From Callorhinchus milii (taxonomy: Eukaryota): a DNA stretch of 64,000 nt. Location of the stretch: NCBI RefSeq assembly GCF_018977255.1, contig NW_024704743.1, forward strand, positions 26,538,001-26,602,000. Direction: 5' to 3'. A model generated the notes under the pieces. That model was not told where the DNA came from. It searched no databases and saw only the letters and a program-made list of their open reading frames with translations. A program made the translations under genes and the position numbers. Positions 1-12,735 of the stretch are shown piece by piece (within the stretch, counting starts at the first letter, position 1; every line of letters begins with the position of its first letter).

Positions 1-3000
1 CTTCAGTGTCATAAATATCACTAGCAATAATGATTTGGAAGCAGCTTGGGTACCATCCTTCTGATAGATAATAAGGCTCCCACCCCTTTTAACTGGCTGG
101 GAATGGCAGCCTTACAGTACCCACAGCATGAGAATGAAAACGCCTCAGCTCTGTGAAGTTCCCATCTGCACACAATCATCCCATTCACAGCACTACACAA
201 GCATTTTAACAAGGCTTTTACAGAGGGGGTAGGATTAGAAGTGCAAGGATTAACGCACAACTGCTGGACAAAGCTCCATTATTGGAGCCTTGCTGTCTCA
301 TCTCAAGTTATTGCAGTGTACAGTAGGCTCTCCTTTGTGAACATTTACAGTTTAATCATTTGGTAACTGGCAGGAACCTTATGATCGAGCAAAAATCCCT
401 CTAAGCAGTGAAGCTAGTAATGATCCAGATATAACTGAATAAACTGGGCCATGATAGCACTAGCAGGAGTTTTGTTCCAGTATATTTCAGAATGCTCGCC
501 AATCTCAAGCCTGGCATTTTATTGAGTGATCAGTTCATTTGAACATAGCTACTTCACTATAGATTGCTGAGTTAGTGAACTTCCATCTTGTTTGGCAAAC
601 CATTAAACCATTTTATTGCTCCTATTTTTCTCTGTGAGGATGAAAATGTTGTAGATTTGTTTAACTCATTCCATTCCATAATTTTCGCCCCTCCCCCAAG
701 ATGTATTGAACACTACAGAAAAAATTATTAAAACTGTCCTTGAAGTTTGTCTTTATTGAACTCTCTTTGCACTTGGTATAGTGCCGTTTAGAGGATGTCC
801 CAAACTGCTTCACAGGATTTATTGTAAAATGCTTTGTGGATATTTTTAATTTGTAGTTGCAAGAATGTAAACTTTTTTTCTTTTCAATTTATATTTTGGC
901 TGGTTAGAATGAAGACATTCGATCTTATACAAATTATATGAGGGAGAAAGGAATAGAAAGGTATGGGAGGAAAAAAGGAGTGTACTGTAGACTCGTGGAA
1001 TATAAACACCGGCACGGACTGGTTAGGCCGAATGGCCTCTTTCTGTGCTGCACTGACTGTACTGACTGTGCATCCAATAGGGAACAGAAGAACATGTTTA
1101 GGAATAAATTAAATTTTAATTGCCATGTTCGTTTTGATCTCCTGCAGCCACTGTTTCCTTGACCAAAAGAACAGACTGGTGATCGCTTTGTTGGCCTCCG
1201 CCCCTATGATTCGACTGTTGGGAGCTGACTCACTTTACAACCTGTTCCTGTGGCTTCCTCAGACATCCCGGCCTGGTTCATGGCCTTGTCAATTATTGTG
1301 TTGAAAGCTCCAGCACACTGTACCACAGGATGCAAGAGCAAGGTTGAATTCCACACGCTGCCTGTGTCATGATGGGAAGCTACAGAGAAAAAAGACTTTT
1401 ATAATACATGGTTTGAGGATCATAAATCCAAAGCCAAAATAGCCACCGCAAAGTCACTTCCTGTGCAATGCGCTTGCAAGCAATGTGCACGAAGAGTGGC
1501 TGAGGCCATTTACTGATAAATGGCTGACACTGATTTCACTTCCATGGCTCTTCACACATGCGCCAGCTACCAGCCCTGAAAAATGCCCAGTTTCCCCATC
1601 GACAGGTCCCCACCGGCATCACTTCCTGTGTGCTGCATGTGTACACTATAAGCAAGCGTTTTGTGCATGTATCAGGCATGTGCAGTGTGCAAGAAATTAC
1701 GTCAGTTTAACCCGATGACAGAGAAGGCTGCCTGCTTGTGGTGCACACGAAGCTGGACGGTCTGTGTGGCAAAACCAGCTGCGGGTCCTCAGGGCACCTG
1801 CTTACAAGAAAGCACCTTGTAACATGATTCTACTGTACTTAGCCATTGCTTCCCCTCCTGTAAAAGAAAGCCATTCATCTGTTGCACCTCCCAACTTATT
1901 AGAACATGAATGGCAGTGAGCAAACAGCTGCTATCCAGTCAGTCTGTTGTCTAAGAACTGCTCTACTGTCTGTCTGGTGTCTGAGAGCTGCTTTCCTCTC
2001 TATCCATCAACACAGATGTACTTTTCTGTCTGTTGTATAACCAGATATTCCTTCACTTCCTTCAGTGTAAACAAGGCTCTTGACAGAAATCACTCATTTT
2101 TTATTTCTGAGTCATTCGTTGTTAGGAAAGTCATGAAATATTTACACTCTCGGGGAGATGAGTGCACAGGCTTTGCGTCTGGCTGTGCAACACCCTGTCA
2201 GATGGGCTTGTTGATAGTGTCATGAAATTAGTGGTTAGTGAGGCAGACAGTGAGCCTGAGGTATAGCTCCTCAGGGACAGGTGCTTTGAGCCAGCAAGAT
2301 TCCTCCTGTCTTTAACAGAACAATGTGAAAGGCAGCGATGATGGGAATGCGGTTGTCCTCTGCGGCTTTGTTAATCCTCTTCCCAATTCCCGAAGCAAAG
2401 TGGCACACTGCGTGAACTCAAAAAAGAGCTTTGAGATGGCTGTCTCTGCTAGCTAAGACGGCGCTCTCGTTTAATAATCAGAATAGCCCATCCGTTTTGT
2501 GAAACTTATCTGGGCCAGATGGGAAGACCGTGTTCCCGGGACTAATAAGAATGCCATTTGCATGAAAGATAGCAGGGAATGATTCTGCTGTGTGCACATT
2601 CCCCGTGTTCTAAATTAAGAGTGTGGCCAAAGGGCAAACTTTACTTCAGAGCTGTGATTGACACAATCAAGTCTTGGGATCACGCGTTGAAACTTTGCAG
2701 AAAGAGGCAGAATTCCAAATCAGTAAATGTGCTGAGTGGAGGGGGAGGGCCGAAGGGGAATTGGTGGCCAAATCATCACAACTGCAGACTTTCATCTTTG
2801 AAAATCTTAAGTTTAAATCCAATCCCATTGCTAGGGGATGTAAGCCTTCATTAAATGACTTGCTGTGGGGTCGTAAGTAACGTTGGTGACTTATTGGCAA
2901 TCTGTGATCTCGTCTGCTTGGTGTCAACCTGCGCTTTGAGGGCCTTAAGGTGGGCTGAACTCAGGGGATGGAGCCATCTAGAGTGCAAAATGTTGGCAAA

Positions 3001-3099
3001 ATGCTGACCATAGAATATACTGCAAAGTGAAACTTTGAGAAGAGGCAGAATTCCAAGTCAGTGAATGTGCTATCGGGAGGGGGAGAGGAGGGGGGAAAC

Positions 3100-3310
3100 A
3101 CAGCCGCCAATTGTGCACAGCAGTGTCCCACAAACAGTCATGGATTGAGTGCATAAATTATTATTATTAATTATTATAATATATTTTTTGAAGGGATTAT
3201 TACTCCTGAGAAAGCGATCTGCCAATCGACTAACATTCGAGTTACTACTTACTCCTAGGTAAACAGAGGCATGTGGAGTAAGGAAACTTGCCTAAGGTGT
3301 CACCCTGTTG
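3100..3310 (-). mobile_element. SINE family 1 variant fragment
   Basis: Deu core plus extra segment plus gtggagtaaggaaacttgcc. Confidence 0.75.
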
Positions 3311-3381
3311 GACAGTCAGGGTGGATGTTGAGTTCTTGAAAACTGAAAGAGTAGGATTGCAGACAAAATTTGTGGTTTGTC

Positions 3382-3720
3382 AGCCTGGCTCAGTTGTTAG
3401 CACTCTCACCTGTTGAGTCAGAAGGTTGTGGGTTCAAGCCCCACGTTGTAACGTGAAATTTATAGTCAAAGCTGACAATCCAATACAGTGCTGGGTTGTC
3501 AGAGGTGCCATCCTTTGAATGCGATGTTAAACTGAGCTCCAGTCTGCCTGTTCAGGTGGATGTTAAAGATCCCATGACACCATTCAAAAAGAGAAGGGAG
3601 TTTCCCCTGGTGTCCTGGCTAACAATCCCCCGAATAAAATTGGGTACTCAATTCATGGCTGTTTGTGGGACATTGCTGTGTGCAAAATTTTCTGCTGGGC
3701 TCACCCATATAATCATTATT
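3382..3720 (+). mobile_element. tRNA-Deu SINE family 2 (SacSINE1-like)
   Basis: Head ggctcagttg.tagcactctc.cct..gagtcagaaggttgtgggttcaagcccca; Deu core; family name is from recall. Confidence 0.8.
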
Positions 3721-4649
3721 AATAGGTTTATCTTTTAGCTTTAATAGAGTCTCTGAGTTAGTATCAGTGTCACATTTGTCAGTGGTTCAATGTCACATGC
3801 ATTCAGTGACTGCAGTATTGAGAGATTGAAATGATGGAGCAATACTCAGGAGAGCACAGGAATCCACTGAGATTGAACAGAAGCTGAGATCAATCGGGAA
3901 GAAATGGCTAGTGATGCTAAGTTTAGATTTTGAGAACCTGTAGGTTATCAACAGTGGCAACCCTAGGCTGGAGCACTACTGCACGCTATCATAGCTGGGT
4001 AATAGTCTGGAGCAGAAATTGATGTTTTTCACCTTAGTTGACCTCCTCTTTCTCATTCCTCTCCTCCACTTTCTAGTCACTTTTGTCTCCTTTTGTAATT
4101 ATGCTCATCACTTATCTTGCATTTTATCTGCCTGAGGGTAGCCATGGCTGATATCAGTTGAGCACATTACTCTATTTCTCAAAATGTTTCTGCTTAATGC
4201 AGCAGAGTATCCTTTCACTAAAAGACTCATGTTACCAGGTAGGAACTAGAATGAGATCGCCACGCTTTGCATGTCTGTGCAGAGGAGTGTGAGGTAGCAA
4301 GTAACAGATCAATACACTTACACTCTGAATGTTAAATACAAAAGGGGTAACCAGGAAAGAACACCAGAACACTGGATTTATTTAACGAACAGCGTGGTGC
4401 TATAGTGGAAAAATTGTGGGGTTGGTATTCCAGGAGAGTGAGATCAAATGGGCTGATAAACTGTTTTTGAAGGGATAGTATTGCATTGTCTGGGCAGAGT
4501 CCATGGAAAATGGTATTCCTGGAAATGAGCATTCCTAAATACTCTCCAGTATGGGGTAACTGCACCTTTAATAGATGATCCATTTTATGCTCTTTCAACC
4601 ATTTCATCAACCACTTTGGTGTCATATTTTAAACCAGAAATTGTTATAT

Positions 4650-5045
4650 TAGTTGATAGCGCTCTCGCCTCTGGGTCAGAAGATTGTGGGTTCAAGCCTC
4701 ATGTCAAGACTTTGAGCTCTTAAGATAGGCTGACATTCCAGTGCAATGCTGGAGGGTGTACTGGATTGTTAGAAGTGCCATCCCTCAGATGAGATGCTAA
4801 ACTAAGTTCTCCTCTGCTTGTTCAAGATCTCATGGCACTATTCGAAAAGAGAAGGGAATTTCACCTGCTGTCCTGGCCAGCAGTCCTCCAGATAAAATTG
4901 GTCACTCACTTTATGGGTGTTTGTAGGGCATTACTATGCGCAAAATTGGCTGCTGCATTCGTTTACAAATGCACTTTGCAGAATATTGTGAAGCCCTTTG
5001 AGACCTTATGGACACTATATCAAATGCAGGAATTATTTATTTTTT
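4650..5045 (+). mobile_element. tRNA-Deu SINE family 2
   Basis: Similar to 3382-3720, with L2-like tail. Confidence 0.8.
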
Positions 5046-6239
5046 TAATTGGGACTTCTGGTTTGTGGCAGAACTTGAGGGATTTGCTCACAAATGTGCT
5101 TAACAAAATTGGGACCCAAATAACGGTAGAGAAGGGGTCAATTTGCAGTTAGTGTTTGCCCTTCAATGTTTTCTTAGACTTTTGAACTCTTTTGCCAGTC
5201 AGGAAAATGCCTGAAGGTTTAAAGATAATTTGGGAAAGGTTTAAGGATAATGATTTGAGGCTTACTGCAAAACTTCCTTTAAAATATTTGGATCACCATT
5301 TTATTTAGAAACTTTGATAGTATTAACACAATTTCAACTTCCCACAATGATGTTTCTCCTTTTTCCACAAGATTTACTGTGGAATCAGTGAGAATGCATT
5401 TTACTAGTGAGAGCAAGCAGTAAAATCTCACTTATAATGTGTAAAATAATTTAGAAGATTCCTTAAACATGTAAACCATTCGTTCTGGATTGAAAGTGCT
5501 GCGCTGTGTTGGGAATGTGAAAAACAAGCTTCTGTTAACTGGGGATGGAGAATTGCTTTTAGCTGCATCATGAAGCAGAGAGCTTGTAGGCAACAACCAA
5601 ATCCACAATAAAAGCAGTCAACCAGCATTGCAACATTTCCAATGCCATCTCCTCCCCACCCCCTTCTCTTTCTTGTCATAGCCACTGGACCGGAGAGCTT
5701 CATTGTTCCACTATGGATTTTATGAGTTTAGAATCAGTTGAAAATTCTAGCGCTTGACAGGTTGTTTTAACCCAGTTCTGGTTGGGTTGGTTTCCTCTGA
5801 ACCCTTAATCACCTCAGGTGAATTCAAGGGAATTTGTCTATTTGTTAAACATTTCCTAACGGTAGACTCGGCCTCTGAGCTGCTTTCAGGGGTCCTGTTC
5901 CCATGACTCGAGACTGCAAAGTGTGTCATGTAAAACCAGCATTGCACAAGTTATCCTGGTAAGTTGTGTTATCTCAGTAGATAAGGAAGCAGCTTTTCAA
6001 AGTAGGAAATTTGTGGGGCATTGCTGTGTGCAAATTGGCTGCCGTATTTGCTTACAATACAAACAGTTAGCATCCTCTATAGTATATCCTGTGAAGTGCT
6101 TTGAGACAGACTTGTGACATTAAAGATGATGTATAAATGTAAGAAATATTTTTTAAAATGGGAGACGGGAGCAGATACATTCTTAATGGGCCACAGTATT
6201 TTATGTGAAATGCAGAGATTTCGAAATGCCAGTTCTCTG

Positions 6240-6830
6240 CTTGCTGACACAATCAACCGGTTCCTCTCCTCAGGCTCTCATCCACTCCCCCTCAAAACCT
6301 CTGTCATCATTCGTCTCCTAAAAAAAACCTATCCTCGCTCCCTACAACTTCACAAACGTCAGTCCCATCTCACACCTGCCCTTCCTGGCCAAAGTTTTGG
6401 AATGCGTCATTGCAAATCAACTTTTCTCACACCTCTCCCTCCACTCCCTACTCGAACCCTTCCAGTCTGGTTTTCGCCCTGCCAACAGCACAGAGACAGC
6501 ACTCAGCCATGTAACGAATGTTGTCCTCTCTCTCTCTCTGCCTCCTTGTTTTCCTGGACCTCTCCATCACGTTCGACACAGTCAATCACGCCATCCTCCT
6601 CCTCTGCCTCTCCTTCATCCACCTCAGTGGGACTGCGCTTGCATGGTTCGAGTTCTACTTAACAAACCGCCAACAATACAATTCAACAAACCTTTTTTTT
6701 TCCTCCTCCTCCAACTCGCGCCCAGTCACCTACAGGGTACCCTAAGGCTCCATCCTTGATCCCTTTTTTTCCTTATTTATATGCTCCCTCTTGGTGATAT
6801 CATCCACAGAAATGGGGTCAATGTCCACTC
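6240..6830 (+). mobile_element. Degenerate L2 ORF2 fragment
   Basis: FQSGFRPANSTETAL, LDLSITFDTVNH in shifted frames. Confidence 0.85.
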
Positions 6831-7409
6831 ATCCATTTTGAAAAATGGTTCTGTTCCTTTTGAAATTGCAAAATACAGTGAATGCTCGTGAGCCTATTGT
6901 AAAAGTGAGACAGCATTGAGTTTACGGTAGCTGGATAATATCAGTTGCAGCACCAGTAGACTTTTTTTCCCAATAAGATGGTTGAGAGAGGGCAATCACA
7001 CATTACTTTGACATTTCAAACACCGGCTGAATTTTAGAGTCTCCAGGTGTGTATGAAACAAATGAGAAGCTGATAACAGGATAAATCTGATTCACCATTC
7101 AATATTCATTCTGAGAATTCCCTACATTTGTTCTCCTGAGTCGCTCACAGAATTGTCTGGAAAAGTCTTGAGACTCCAGGATAAAACCTGGAGGATTGGT
7201 AACCCTACATAGAGCCTGCCATATTTTTGATTCAATTCTTTAGAGAGCACAGCCTATCATTTTTGACGTGGAGGACTTTTGTTGAAAATAAGCCTGCTTT
7301 AGAATATCGAATACAAAGTGGTAGAAATTCTTGAGTGTTGACATGTACAGTGTTGTCAAGGTCAGCCTAATGGAAACAGTGAAATGTTCTGAGAAAAACA
7401 GTGCCATGA

Positions 7410-7714
7410 AGTCCTGTAGCTCAGTGGTTAGAGCACTCGCCATGCAAACGCGAGACCTGGATTTGATTCCCGGCAGGGCGAAACCTTGTGAAAGTTTCCT
7501 TTCTCCACATGCCCGATAATAATCCCTCAAGGAAAAAAAATTATTTGCTCACTCAGTCGTGACTGTTTGTGGGACACTGCTGTGCGCAATTGGCTGCCGC
7601 GTTTCGCCCACAAATATACGGTCAATTCACAATATATTCTGTGAAGTGCTTTGAGACATCTAGAAGCCGTGAAAAGCGCTATGTCAACTGCAAAGATTAT
7701 TATTTATTATTATT
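7410..7714 (+). mobile_element. Full-length tRNA-derived Deu-domain SINE (family 1)
   Basis: tRNA head with A box (TAGCTCAGTGG) and B-box-like motif; Deu core (CTGTTTGTGGGACACTGCTGTGCGCAATTGGCTGCC); L2-like tail; (TTA)n. Confidence 0.9.
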
Positions 7715-9142
7715 AACTGCTTTTTGGTCAGCTAGGTGTCTGATACATGCAGAAACCCATCATTATGCTTAAGAGTATTCCTCCAGACTGAAAGTTCCAC
7801 ATGTGTATTGCAACCACGTATGGGAATTTCCCTGAACCTGGAATGGATTGTGCACTCTCTCCCCGGAGAGATGCATCCTGCGTGCAATAGACCGCAATCT
7901 CATAATGATTTATAATTGCCAATTCATAGGCGCTACAGCCTGCAATCTCATTAAAATGCATAGAGCTGGGGTTACGTTTTTTCCACATGAAGCAGTAATT
8001 TACAGGCGGTAAATGAGACTTGACAAGCTTGAATGATTTATTTGGTCACTTTTCCCCCTGAGTCACACCTGAAATCAATGTCACTTGTTGGGATACAGTT
8101 TCACAGGCACAAGTTTACTAGCACTCACCTGCTGTCTAAATGAAAAGCATTTCACTCTTGAGTATGAATTACCTGGATATGTGGTAGACAGACCCAACAA
8201 CGTCCCCAATGACAAACTTTGTGAAACCAGTCGGCTTTTGGCTTGTGGATTCAGTCTTTTGATTGTGGAGAAGTGTAAGGGGTTATATCAAATGCAAGGG
8301 TTATTATTATTATTATTGGTGGGCCAATGAGAATCACTGCCTTCAGGATTGCCAGAGTGGAGAAAATTGACCAAATATGTATGTCAGGCCTATTATGTCC
8401 CATTTACTACCTGCAAATTCCTGTTTGGTTTTAAAAAATGTTATTCCAGCTCGGGACCACTGAATTCCAGTAAAGCTGGGATCCCACTAAACCAGTGGTT
8501 GAAAGTCTACAGCTGGGAAGGAGTCAAAATTATTTGGCATGATCTGATACCGAGTGCTACAACAGACCTACAAGTGGTAAAACCCAAAGCATGTGCACGC
8601 GCTGGTGCTCAATGTTGCCATTAGATCAAGAATTTGTCACCTTCTGCACAAAAATAATATTGAACTACAGGAAGGAAGTAGGACAAGCAGCTGCAGAGCT
8701 GTGAACAGCTGGAATTTAAAATGAACATTTAGGTGCAAATACCAGGGCTGTTACAGCACTGTGAAAGGCTAGTCACGGACTGCTGTTCTTTGCCGAGAGA
8801 TTCATGAAGTGCATTGGTAGGCGTGTGAAATCATTTGTGCAGCTGCACTTCAGGCTGTTTATTTTTCCAGCAGGATATCAATGGAGCGTAATAATGTCGT
8901 GCAAAATTTTTATACTACTCCCACTTGAACCGTAAAAAAAACATATAATCGTTGACTTTGTTCTACTAAATCTGTGCAGGACGAGAACACTGCGCTATAT
9001 ACAGTACTAGTAGGAGTTGTTGGCAGTGTTAGTTTGAGTAATTTGGGATTATGAATTTAGAGTGTTATCCAAGAAGCACATTGGCACAATATTAAAGGAT
9101 ATTGATTTAAATGTTATTTTTTTCCTGCTGTGTATGGTACTA

Positions 9143-9500
9143 AACAACAACAACAACTTGGATTTATATAGCGCCCTCCACTCTGGACGGCGTCTCAGAG
9201 CGCTTCACAGTAACAGATCTCGGGGCTGAGCCAGGGGGATGGGGAGGAAGGTGACCAAGGGCGCGGTCGAAAAGAAATGTCTTCAGCAGAAACTGGAAAA
9301 TAGGAAGAGCGGGGGCGAGGCGAAGGGGGTGAGAAAGGGAGTTCCAGAGCCTCAGGGCATAGTGGCTGAAAGCACGGCCACCGAGGGTGGAGCGGAGGAC
9401 TCGGGGGACAAGGAGGAAGCCAGACCCGGAGGAACGAAGGCAACGGGCACTGTTTTGAGGAGAGAGGAGGTCAGAGAGGTAGGGGGTTGCAGAGGAGTGG
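9143..9500 (-). mobile_element. L2 3' end
   Basis: GGRAFSHYALRLWNSL..LKTFLF; (CAA)n tail on +. Confidence 0.88.
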
Positions 9501-9799
9501 GGAACAAGCCTAGATGATAAGTCAGCTTTGATATGACAAGCCATATACTGGTGGATCACAGTGTTATTACAGGAGAGACTCTCTCCCCTCTTTTTCCCCT
9601 CTCACTCAAGTCTGCTACTCTTATCGATCCAACATGGGCTTGTTTATTGGCATTCGCACACTTTAAGGAAAATCGTAATTTAGCCAATTTCATGTTGTAT
9701 ATATTGTACGTCTTAAAGGTTGCTCTTAATTCATTACCACAAAGTGCATCCACTATGATCATCGCTTGTAAATCAATACAGTATCCGAGATGATGTAGT

Positions 9800-10465
9800 A
9801 GGGGGAACGGCATCTCCTTGAAGCTGAGCTGGCTCCAAGCTGAAGAGCTTGGCAACGTAATGTCAGAATCGAGTCAAACCTCTGTGGTCTCGGTTGTCCA
9901 GTTCCTGAGCCAGATGGGTCTGCAGTACTCCAGGGCACGGCTGGTGACAGACCAGCCAGATTGGCTCATCGACAGGGCTTGGAAGGCAGACTGGAGCAGG
10001 TATTCTTCCCATTTGGCTCCTGTTAACCTGGCAAGTCAAGGTCGTAACAGGTAGAGTGGTCCTAGCTGAACAAGAAGCAGGAGGCTTGACAGACATTGAT
10101 TTCCAACAGAAACTATGCAATTTTGATTAGTTAAACTCCAGCAGTATCTGAACGCAAACTCTGGGTACACCAAGTCTTGACTCTCACCAATCTCTTTCCC
10201 ATATTCTCTGGAATTAAGTAAACAGGGTGCATCCCTCCAGGGAGAGAGTGAACTTCCATTCCAGGCCCAGCAATACTTCCATAAATACTATGAACTGGCC
10301 TGGCTCAGGATCTAAACTACTGAGAGTGCCACACAGAGTTGAATTGATTTCGACATTCTGTTGGAAAACATGTCACCTTGGAGCCAGTTCAGCTCCAGTG
10401 AGTCCCCACTTACCTCCTCCTCAAGGAGGATAGTCACTATTTGGTCATTTAACATCCAACAATTG
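9800..10465. repeat. Two family X fragments in opposite orientation (9800-10270 and 10285-10465)
   Basis: ctccttgaagctgagctggctccaag near 9815 is reverse-complemented at ~10377 (cttggagccagttcagctcc). Confidence 0.75.
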
Positions 10466-10851
10466 CAGGTTTGAGCTCTCACTAGTTGTATGTCAGTTAC
10501 AAGGATGGATAAGGCAGACAGCAGCAATGCCATGGATTATTTGACAGTAATTACTTGTGAAGAAGCACTTTGGGACATTACATTGCGATAAGCTGTTCTA
10601 AAAATGTAGCTACTGGAGAGATCAAAACAGTGCCACTCTGTTTTTCTGTCCCTCGTGAATGTGAGAGTGAGCACAAATGATTTGCTGAACGATTTCCAGG
10701 AATAGAATTGGTCAGTGAAGGGCAGTAAACACAGCCAATTACAAGCATTGGTTAATATCTAATATATTCCTTTTGATTGTACAGCTCTTATTTTACAATC
10801 CTTGGTTGGACCTATGTTGACCCAGTAACATGCCAGTCTCTTCCTTTGCAG

Positions 10852-12214
10852 GCCAAGTATGCAGGCCTTATTTTCCGTCATGAAGGCTGGCCGTTGTGCG
10901 TGCATGAGAAGGTGGTGGTGCAGTTAGCCTCGCTCCACAGAGTCCCGCTCAAGTTTGGAGACTTCTACATCCAGATCGTGCCGCAGGGGAGCCAGGCTGC
11001 AAAACTGGTGCTAAAATGTCTCTCCAGAAATGGGCAGGCTATAGAGGAGGTTGTGGTGCCCGAGTGCCTGTATGGGAATGTCTTCACGATGGAATTCCTG
11101 GAGAACATAAACCTTGAGAGGAATTGCTGTCTGCACAGCTGTCTGCTGACAAGTGGCACAGCTGTTTTGAGAGTGAATTGGAAGAACATAATCAACCCTA
11201 CTTTTGTTAGCAGGCCCAAAAACACGCCCGATAATTTTCACTCTGGGCCTGTTGGCCATGATCAGTTGATACACATCAGCACCAGCACAGAGAAGATGTC
11301 TGAAAAGCTGGAAAGCAGCGACCCCCAAGAACATTGTACTTCAGACGATAATATTATGCCGACTGCAGAATCAGAGACGTCGGAAGATAAAGTGGATCTC
11401 AGGAAGGTTCTGCCAAAGGTTGTTCAGTCTCTGGAAAATGATGCTGGAAGAGAGTCTTCCGAAGACAGCAGTGAGGTCACCAAAGGAGATCATGCAGTGT
11501 CTCCAAATAATTCTAACAGCACTGAAGGGACTCTTGTGGCATCTCAAGTTCAATCCAGTGATTTGCCTGCAGAGAGCCCCACAATGAAAAAAGATACCCT
11601 GGCAGTGCCTGTCCCCGAGGGCAGGAATGTCACAAAAATGGTAACTTTTGCGACTGACTTAAGTAGCCCTTGCCCACGAAGGACACCTCAAAGGGATTCT
11701 GTAAATTTTGAGACAAGACGCCTCTTTCGGAAATCATACATGGAGGCGTTGCAGAACCCAATGCAACTAGGCTTCAGCTCCAAGGAGTCAATCACTGAGG
11801 AAAGTGCGGAGCAGAAAACTGAGGTGTCAGCACTCACTAATGAAAGCTTGAGGACATGCAATACCAGAACAGGTGACAAGCAAGGCAGGAAGTGTGAATC
11901 TGCAAGTGGAAAATCACAGACTAAAGAAGGGAGTGAGAACGCTAGCAGCAAGCAACACTGCCAAGCTCCGATCAGATCTGTCACATTGCCCGAATGTTTC
12001 TCTGCAACCGATAACAGAGCAGGACGCAGGAGGTCCAAGTCCTTAGATATGGTGTACAAGAATCCACAGGGCAAAGTTCAACGGACAAGAATCTCTTCTG
12101 GTGATTCATCAAATAGGAATCCTAAAAAATTGTTAAATGGATACCCAGTGGAAGGACGGAAGCTAGATTCTGCTATGCATTCTTCCAGTGCTGAAAGCAG
12201 ATGCAGTACAGCAG
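10852..12214 (+). CDS. PLEKHG4B: Coding exon a (1363 bp): family N-terminal domain plus long disordered linker
   Basis: cctttgcag|GCCAAG ... ACAGCAG|gtaaat; AKYAGLIFRHEGWPLCVHEKVVVQLASL..GDFYIQI resembles the ARHGEF40/PLEKHG4B N-terminus; phase 0->1. Confidence 0.92.
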
Positions 12215-12324
12215 GTAAATATATTAAAGACAGAGCCACTGTTCATTGATTTACAAATATATAAACATTAGCAAGAAAATGCATCTCCCACAGCTGTCAT
12301 TTACACATGAAATTTTATTAAAAA

Positions 12325-12735
12325 ATAACAACCTTTGCATTTATTATAGCGCCTCTTACATCAAAATATCTCAAAGCACTTCACAGGGATTTGCTGTCAA
12401 GTGTATTGATTGTGGATTTGTAAACACAACAGGCAATTTGCACTCCGCGGTATCCCACAAACAGCCATGAAGTGAACGTCAATTTATCTGAAGGATTGTT
12501 GGCCAGGAAACTGGGAAAAACTCATCGCTTTTCAAATAATGTCCTGGATCTTTCATGTCCATCTGAGCCTCAGTTTAGCATCTCATCTGAAGGACGGCAA
12601 CTGCATCAATTCAGTGGCCCCTCCAGCACTGGATTGGAGGATCAGTTTAGACAATAAGCTCAAACTCAATGTGGGATTGAACCCACAACCTTCTGAAGTG
12701 AGTGCAGGAGTGCAACTGATCCAAGCTGACACATA
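12325..12735 (-). mobile_element. tRNA-Deu SINE family 2
   Basis: ttgaacccacaaccttctga (reverse head); Deu core; tail. Confidence 0.75.

Noticed and set aside
7410..7485. tRNA-like sequences (also ~43790-43864 and ~53985-54055)
   Set aside because: Each continues into a Deu core and LINE tail, so they are SINE heads, not tRNA genes.
1..10851. First coding exon of the gene (expected LYPPF...DFL.PAK-type peptide)
   Set aside because: Not found by eye; the GTAAGT at ~2872 is in the wrong phase for the local ORF. It probably lies upstream of the window.
10777..12249. 490-aa ORF as a stand-alone single-exon gene
   Set aside because: Starts at TTG and is bounded internally by strong splice sites in phase with downstream exons.
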